Shown here: positions 7,687 through 13,133 of the stretch, one piece after another | How positions within the stretch are numbered: the first letter of the stretch is position 1 | How the letters are laid out: each line of letters starts with the position of its first letter | Assembly (NCBI GenBank): GCA_963827685.1 | Contig: CAWHBU010000013.1 | Coordinates: forward strand, 1 to 13,133 | Direction: 5' to 3' | Source of the DNA: an uncultured delta proteobacterium | Lineage (GTDB): Bacteria; Desulfobacterota; BSN033; UBA1163 | Length of the DNA: 13,133 bases | Notes under the pieces: generated by a model | What the model was told of the DNA's origin: nothing | The model's input: the letters and a program-made list of their open reading frames with translations, nothing else | Database searches by the model: none | Position numbers and translations under genes: made by a program

Positions 7687-8647
7687 GAACGGAATTCCAA
7701 AGATACTTTTCTTTTGGTTCGGCCTTATTTTGATCACCGTCCTGCTGCCCTTTCTACTCCCCTCCTATTTCGTCCACGTTCTCATTATGATTCTCTTCTA
7801 CGGATATTTGGGAACGAGTTGGAACATCTTGGGAGGATATGCTGGCCAGTTTTCTTTTGGACATGCGGCCTTCTTTGGGATCGGGGCTTACACCTCGACA
7901 TTGGCCTTCGTCAATTGGCAGATCAGCCCATGGATCGGAATGGTTTTTGGGGGCCTTCTCGGAATGCTATTAGGGCTGTTGATCGGCTCTCTTTGCTTCC
8001 ATTACGGGCTGAGAGGTCCTTACTTTGCCTTGGCGACGTTGGCCTTCGCTGAATTGTTGCGTTTGATCTCTCTCAATCTGGATCTGACCGGGAAGGCGAT
8101 GGGCATCCTCATTCCACTTAAAGGGAATGCTCCCCTCTCTTTTCAGCATGAATCAAAGATTTTCTACTATTTTGTGATCTTACTAATGTTGATCGGTGCC
8201 CTTTGGGTGACGCTACGTATTGACGGAGGGAAGATCGGCGACTATCTTGCTGCCATCCGGGAGGACGAAGATTCAGCCGAGGCTATAGGGGTGAACACAT
8301 TTGCATACAAGCTTTTGGGGATCTTGATCAGTGGCTTTCTCACCGCCCTGGGGGGAACGTTCTATGCCCAGTATTTCCTTTACATAGACCCACCGGTCAC
8401 GTTCGGTGTCGGCACCTCCATTGAAATTTTTTTAAGGCCCATTGTCGGAGGCATGGGAACCGTGTATGGTCCCATCATCGGGGCCTTGGTGCTGGGCCCT
8501 TTGGGCGAGGTGACTCGGGGAATATTGGGTGGTTACCACGGGGTCCATCTGATGATTTACGGGGCCATTTTGGTTGGCGTGATAATCTTCCTCCCCAAAG
8601 GGATCTATGGATGGCTTGATGGTTTCATCAGGGGACATACGAGGTAA
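7679..8647 (+). CDS. livM: LIV-family ABC transporter permease (LivM-like)
   Basis: 322 aa; SWNILGGYAGQFSFGHAAFFGIGAY, LRGPYFALATLAF, AIREDEDSAEAIGV and VGGMGTVYGP. 8-nt overlap with livH. Confidence 0.94.
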   Translation: MSKNGIPKILFFWFGLILITVLLPFLLPSYFVHVLIMILFYGYLGTSWNILGGYAGQFSFGHAAFFGIGAYTSTLAFVNWQISPWIGMVFGGLLGMLLGLLIGSLCFHYGLRGPYFALATLAFAELLRLISLNLDLTGKAMGILIPLKGNAPLSFQHESKIFYYFVILLMLIGALWVTLRIDGGKIGDYLAAIREDEDSAEAIGVNTFAYKLLGILISGFLTALGGTFYAQYFLYIDPPVTFGVGTSIEIFLRPIVGGMGTVYGPIIGALVLGPLGEVTRGILGGYHGVHLMIYGAILVGVIIFLPKGIYGWLDGFIRGHTR

Positions 8648-8652
8648 AGAGG

Positions 8653-9378
8653 ATGCCATCCTTAAAAGTAGAAAATCTGTCCAAGTCATTCGGTGGTTTG
8701 ATGGCGGTCAATCACGTGTCATTCCAGGTCCGAGAAGGGGAGATTCTGGGTTTAATCGGTCCAAATGGATCAGGCAAAACCACCCTATTCAATCTCATCT
8801 CTGGTTTCTTCGCCCCTGACACAGGAAGCATTTATTTAGGAGATGAGCGTTTAGTCGGCCTCAAACCCCATCAGATTTGCAAGAGAGGCATTGGCAGGAC
8901 TTTCCAGATTGTCAAACCCTTTTCTAATTTAAGCGTGATGAGGAATGTAAGGGCTGCGGTTTTCAATCGGGAAACGGAGATCTCCAGGGCAAACCGTCAA
9001 TCTGAGAGTTTGCTTGAATTTGTGGGTCTTTGGTCAAAGAGAAAGGAACTTGCAGGCAGTCTCACCTTGGCAGAACGGAAACAGTTAGAATTGGCCAGGT
9101 GTTTGGCCACGCAACCCAGATTTCTCCTGCTGGACGAGGTGATGGCTGGTCTGAACCCTGTCGAACAGAAGCAGATGATCGAGTTGGTCATCAAGATCGG
9201 GGAGGGGGGGATCACCATCATCGTGATTGAACACACCATGCAAATCATCATGACCATATCGGATCGGATAATCGTCTTATGCTTTGGAGAGATGATTGCT
9301 CAGGGAGTACCTCAAGAAGTAGCCAAGGATCCCAATGTCATCAAATCCTATTTAGGGGAGAAATATACCTTTGCTTGA
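8653..9378 (+). CDS. livG: LIV-family ABC transporter ATP-binding protein (LivG-like)
   Basis: 241 aa; Walker A GPNGSGKTT, GRTFQ, Walker B LLLDEVMAGLN, IEH and C-terminal VIKSYLG. Confidence 0.95.
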   Translation: MPSLKVENLSKSFGGLMAVNHVSFQVREGEILGLIGPNGSGKTTLFNLISGFFAPDTGSIYLGDERLVGLKPHQICKRGIGRTFQIVKPFSNLSVMRNVRAAVFNRETEISRANRQSESLLEFVGLWSKRKELAGSLTLAERKQLELARCLATQPRFLLLDEVMAGLNPVEQKQMIELVIKIGEGGITIIVIEHTMQIIMTISDRIIVLCFGEMIAQGVPQEVAKDPNVIKSYLGEKYTFA

Positions 9379-10076
9379 TGTCAAACAAATTTCTGGAGGA
9401 TACGGCGACATTCAAATCCTCCATCAAATTTCCCTGAATATCGAAAAGGGAGAGATGGTATCTGTGTTAGGGGCAAACGGGGCTGGGAAGACGACTCTGC
9501 TTCTTACACTCTCAGGAATTCTTCGGCCTACGGAGGGGGAGATTTATTTCTTAAATGGGCGGCTTGATGGTTTAGAGCCTCACCTCATTGTTCAAAAAGG
9601 AGTGATCAGGATCCCTGAAGGGAGAAAGATTTTTCAAGAAATGACCGTGCTTGAGAATCTTGAATTGGGGGAGCTATATCAGGACAGCCAAACGATATCG
9701 GAAGGAGAACCTGTCTAAGGTTTTTGTATTATTCCCTCGCCTTGAGGAAAGGAAGAATCAATTCGCAGGGACACTCAGCGGTGGAGAACAGCAGATGTTA
9801 GCCATCGGAAGGGGACTGATGACCCTCCCCCAGATACTCATGTTGGATGAACCTTCTTTAGGTCTGGCTCCTTTGATCGTCATGAATCTCTTTGAAGTGA
9901 TCAAGGGGATTAACCAAGAGGGGACGACAATTTTATTAGTAGAGCAGAACATGCAGCTTGCCCTGTCTACCGTTCAAAGGGGATACGTCCTTGAGAACGG
10001 CAGGATCATTTTGGAAGGGAAGAGTGAGAATCTATTGAAGGAAGATTACATGAGAAAAGCCTATCTGGGGATTTAG
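9371..10076 (+). pseudogene. livF: LIV-family ABC ATP-binding protein (LivF-like) split by a 1-nt insertion in the G5 run at 9667-9671; either a sequencing error or a pseudogene
   Basis: 5' ORF has GANGAGKTT, PEGRKIF and MTVLENLELG; 3' ORF has FPRLEERKNQFAGTLSGGEQQMLAIGR, LDEPSLGLAP and VEQN. Removing one G gives the continuous ENLELGSYIRTAK (~234 aa). Confidence 0.9.
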
Positions 10077-11705
10077 ATGCATTCCGTGGAGATGAGGATG
10101 AAACACCTGAGTAGCAAGATGGGTTGGGAGATCATGGAGGAGGAATGGTCTGATTTTAAAGGGAGAATTTTTAAAAATAGGCCGAAGAATCTCATCCAAA
10201 TGTTGGAGAATACCGTCAGCCGATCCTCCAACCTCATAGGATTTATCCATAATGATCAGAAATTGACCTTTAAGGAGTTTAATCAGATCGTAAATAGAAT
10301 TGCAGCGGGGTTACAAAAATATCATGTCAAAAAAGGAGATCGTGTTTCTCTTCTCTTAGGGATCGGTCTGGAATTCCCTTTATGTTTCTTTGCATTAATG
10401 AAATTAGGTGCGATCGCAGTCCCTTTAAATACACGATTCAAAGGTGAAGAATTATCTTATGAGATCAATGATTCCGGAAGCAAAATGCTCATTGTTGATC
10501 AAGAATATTGGCCATCGATTGAGGCCGTCCAAAATGATTTAAAAACCGTTGAGAAAATATTCTTCAATGGGCCAGATCTTCCCAAAGGCGTTCTTCCTTT
10601 TGTTGAGTTGAGGGAGAACCCAGAAGGGAAATTTCAAAGAATCGTCTTAAACGAAACAGATGATGCAATCATTATGTATACTTCGGGTACGACAGGGAAA
10701 CCCAAGGGGGCCATTTTATATCACCGGAGTCTTATCGCAACGGCAATGCATATCAGTGATTTTTTCGCTTACGAGCCTGAAGATCGAGTCATCTGTGTTG
10801 TCCCTCTTTTTCATATCACGGGCCTCGCCCAGATTATGCTTTCCCATATTTTCAGCGGCATCCCTTGTGTCTATGTGAGAACGTTCAAGGTCAAAGATTT
10901 TTTGGAAATCATGTCTTCCGAGAAGATTACTAGGAGCATTAGCGTGATTAATATCCTTTGGTTGATGATTAATCACCCTGAGTTCGTCCATTATGATTTT
11001 AGTTCTTACAAAGGTGCCATGTGTGGTGGGTCGCCCGCCACAGAAGAGATGGTCAAAGGGATTCTGAATAAACTCCCTCATCTTAAATTGAGCATCGGTT
11101 ATGGTTTAACAGAGAGTGATGGGATTGCCTCAACAACACCCTATGAGGACGCCCTTCGAAAAATTGAGGCGGCAGGTAAGATTCTCCCACTGGTGGATGC
11201 AAAAATTGTGGATGAAGAAGGAAAAGAATTACCCCCGAACAGTGTTGGTGAGATTGTTCTGAGAGGCCCAACCGTCACGAAGGGATATTGGGAGAAGCCC
11301 GAGGCGACGAAGGCCACGATCGTCGATAGTTGGCTGCGTACAGGCGATATTGGAAAATTGGACGACGAAGGATACATCTATATCCTTGATCGCAAGAAGG
11401 ATATGATTAATCGAGGAGGGGGAAAAAAAGATATTCTCTCTGAAGTTGAGAATGTGATATCTAGAAATTCGAAAGTGTTAGAAGTAGCCGTTGTGGCTGT
11501 TCCTGATAAATTTTTGGGTGAAGCCGTGAAAGCTGCGATCGTATTAAGGCCAGGACAAACTGCAGACGAGGAGGAGATTAAGAATTTCTGTTCTCAACAC
11601 TTGGCAGATTATAAAGTTCCCAAGTACGTAGAATTTTTGGATCTGCTACCCAGAAATCCAGCAGGCAAAATCATGAAGGGAGATCTTAGATATATTAAAG
11701 AGTAA
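10077..11705 (+). CDS. Class I adenylate-forming enzyme, acyl-CoA synthetase (long-chain/aryl-CoA ligase-like)
   Basis: 542 aa; YTSGTTGKPKG, PLFHITG, GYGLTE, WLRTGDIG, DRKKDMI and LPRNPAGK. ATG directly abuts the livF stop; later in-frame ATGs are possible starts. Confidence 0.94.
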   Translation: MHSVEMRMKHLSSKMGWEIMEEEWSDFKGRIFKNRPKNLIQMLENTVSRSSNLIGFIHNDQKLTFKEFNQIVNRIAAGLQKYHVKKGDRVSLLLGIGLEFPLCFFALMKLGAIAVPLNTRFKGEELSYEINDSGSKMLIVDQEYWPSIEAVQNDLKTVEKIFFNGPDLPKGVLPFVELRENPEGKFQRIVLNETDDAIIMYTSGTTGKPKGAILYHRSLIATAMHISDFFAYEPEDRVICVVPLFHITGLAQIMLSHIFSGIPCVYVRTFKVKDFLEIMSSEKITRSISVINILWLMINHPEFVHYDFSSYKGAMCGGSPATEEMVKGILNKLPHLKLSIGYGLTESDGIASTTPYEDALRKIEAAGKILPLVDAKIVDEEGKELPPNSVGEIVLRGPTVTKGYWEKPEATKATIVDSWLRTGDIGKLDDEGYIYILDRKKDMINRGGGKKDILSEVENVISRNSKVLEVAVVAVPDKFLGEAVKAAIVLRPGQTADEEEIKNFCSQHLADYKVPKYVEFLDLLPRNPAGKIMKGDLRYIKE

Positions 11706-11715
11706 GATGATGATA

Positions 11716-11750
11716 AGGATTCAAGGGGCAATGGGTCAAGGATTCGAGTG
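11716..11750 (+). repeat. Degenerate ~8-nt tandem repeat
   Basis: AGGATTCA/AGGGGCA/ATGGGTCA/AGGATTCG/AGTG, starting 10 nt after the ligase stop. Confidence 0.45.
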
Positions 11751-12014
11751 ACACTATAGAAATGCGTGGACACCGTGAAGAATCCGCCGGAAATCGGATA
11801 AGATGTAAAAACCAGGACTTAACCTTACCTATACTGTCATGTCAGGTGGAAACTTCTTCCTCCTGCTGTAATAAATGATCGATGGGATCTATTAACAAGT
11901 GTAGATTTCAAATGGTATTGGGTGGGCCGGAGCTATTTCATCAATGGACCATTTATGGAAAATTGAGGGTTGAAAAAGGTATTCTAACAGAATAAAACTC
12001 AGGATTATTCGATA

Positions 12015-12820
12015 ATGGAGATTCTACCATTTAGCACATCACATCGAAAGATGGCATACCCATTGCGTATGAACGTAGCGGCAAAGGACTACCGTTAGTC
12101 TTGATACACGGCGCAGCTGCTGATCATACACGTTGGACGCCGATCCTTCCGGAACTAGAAAAACATTTCACGGTTTACGCTGTAGATCGCAGAGGTCGCG
12201 GTCAGAGCGGGGATGCGGAGCCCTATACCATAGAGCGTGAATATGAAGATGTGGTTGCAGTCATTGATTCAATTCCTGGTCCAGTGAACCTGCTTGGGCA
12301 TTCCTATGGTGCTGTATGCTCTTTGGAAGCTTCTCTTAAGACGTCCAATCTTCGAAAGCTCATTTTATATGAACCTCCAGTACATACGGATGTTAAAAAA
12401 AATTACCCTCCCGATGCCATAGACATAATTAACTCATATCTGGAGGTTGGAGAACGCGAGAAAGCCTTGCTCATTTTTCTGCAAGAGATCGTCGCGATCC
12501 CTCAGAATGAAATTAATATGCTAAAATCCCTTCCCAGTTGGTCTTCTAGGGTATCTGCGGCTCACACTCTTTCCCGCGAGGAAGCAAGTGTAGACTCCTA
12601 CATTCTTAAACCTGAACAGTTTTCCCATATGGAAACACCCACTTTGCTTCTTCTTGGGGGTGACAGTCCTTCATTCTTTAGAGCTGCGATCCAAACTCTA
12701 AAAAAATCTATTCTTAATAGTAGAATTGCAATTATGTCCGGACAACGGCACGCAGCAATGGACACCGCTCCAGAACTATTTTTAAGTGAGGTTATACGGT
12801 TCCTGAATGAGAAAAGATGA
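12015..12820 (+). pseudogene. Alpha/beta-fold hydrolase with a damaged 5' end (longest intact ORF 12101-12820)
   Basis: LIHG oxyanion motif, DRRGRGQSG, GHSYG nucleophile elbow, LLLGGDS and GQRH (catalytic His). The family N-terminus HITSKDGIPIAYERSGKGLPLVL continues in frame upstream of TTG 12101 as far as TAG 12032-12034. The nearest ATG (12015) is one base out of frame. Confidence 0.8.
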
Positions 12821-12836
12821 TTGAGCAGTTTAACCC

Positions 12837-12893
12837 CCAACTTCGCATGTTTTGGAGTTGGTGGCTCCACGCGGTGCGTCATCGACGCCACGC
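12837..12893. other. Pair of intergenic stem-loops downstream of the hydrolase
   Basis: CCAACTTC-gcatgtttt-GGAGTTGG (12837-12861, one G-U pair) and GCGgtGCGTC-atc-GACGCcaCGC (12871-12893). No U-tract directly after either. Confidence 0.35.
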
Positions 12894-13040
12894 TCTGCCA
12901 AAATCGAAGGCTTCACTATTGAACTGTGGTTTACGATTAAACTTTATTTCTGCTGCTTAGGCTATCTTATATAGCACGTGCGGATTTAATGAAAAAAGAG
13001 ATTTTTCTTGGTTTAGAAAGACGAGGGGGAGATCGCACTG

Positions 13041-13133
13041 ATGAAACTTGAAAGAGACCTTTATGCCTACCTCTGGCAGAGTGTTTATGAAAATAACTGC
13101 AACACCTATATGATCCGCGGAGAGGTGACGGTT
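13041..13133 (+). CDS. Probable MBL-fold metallo-hydrolase, N-terminal 31 codons; runs off the right edge
   Basis: Not in the ORF track. RBS GAGGGGGAG, then ATG 13041: MKLERDLYAYLWQSVYENNCNTYMIRGEVTV, open to the window end. NCNTYxI followed by a beta strand resembles the MBL N-terminus that precedes IDPG. The HxHxDH motif would lie outside the window. Confidence 0.65.
   Translation, partial: MKLERDLYAYLWQSVYENNCNTYMIRGEVTV

Noticed and set aside
5523-10076. Literal branched-chain amino acid transporter function
   Set aside because: The liv names are family labels only. The context (CoA ligase, no aminotransferase or 2-oxoacid dehydrogenase) argues for a carboxylic-acid substrate.
12032-12034. 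In-frame TAG as pyrrolysine or stop readthrough
   Set aside because: No in-frame canonical start codon immediately upstream, no pyl genes in the window, and TAG is used as a normal stop for tetR and livF. A point lesion or 1-nt indel is simpler.
846-12891. Numerous 60-190 aa antisense and alternate-frame ORFs (e.g. 989-1318, 2256-2699, 5772-6188, 7158-7733, 10716-11081, 12598-12891)
   Set aside because: All overlap well-supported genes and show no family motifs; they are shadow ORFs.
12828-12900. Integron attC site after the hydrolase (GTTTAAC fits RYYYAAC)
   Set aside because: No matching GTTRRRY core at a suitable distance, no long-range dyad with extrahelical bases, and no integrase or cassette array.
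1-13133. CRISPR array, tRNA/rRNA, transposase, integrase or defence system
   Set aside because: No regularly spaced repeats, RNA gene signatures or recombinase/nuclease motifs seen. The long similar segments at 1053-3418 are explained by the ACAD duplication.

Overview
Bacterial window, with sequence style suggesting an anaerobic Desulfobacterota/deltaproteobacterial genome (inference only). It holds an ~11.3 kb co-oriented catabolic operon (423-11705): TetR regulator, two tandem ~65%-identical acyl-CoA dehydrogenases, a crotonase-family protein with the PaaG-type Asp-only active site, a thiolase, a complete LIV/HAAT-family ABC importer with a Tat-exported binding protein, and an acyl-CoA ligase. 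A damaged alpha/beta hydrolase follows. Two partial metallo-beta-lactamase-fold genes absent from the ORF track bracket the cluster, one at each window edge. Back-to-back sigma70-like promoters and an 18-bp palindromic operator precede tetR. The cluster has no 3-hydroxyacyl-CoA dehydrogenase, canonical two-Glu hydratase or ETF, so it looks like an uptake/activation/CoA-dependent route for an unidentified non-standard carboxylic acid. The thiolase and LivF are split by single-base frameshifts, and several more compensated homopolymer indels suggest sequencing error. The hydrolase shows signs of real decay. No RNA genes, CRISPR arrays or mobile elements were recognised.
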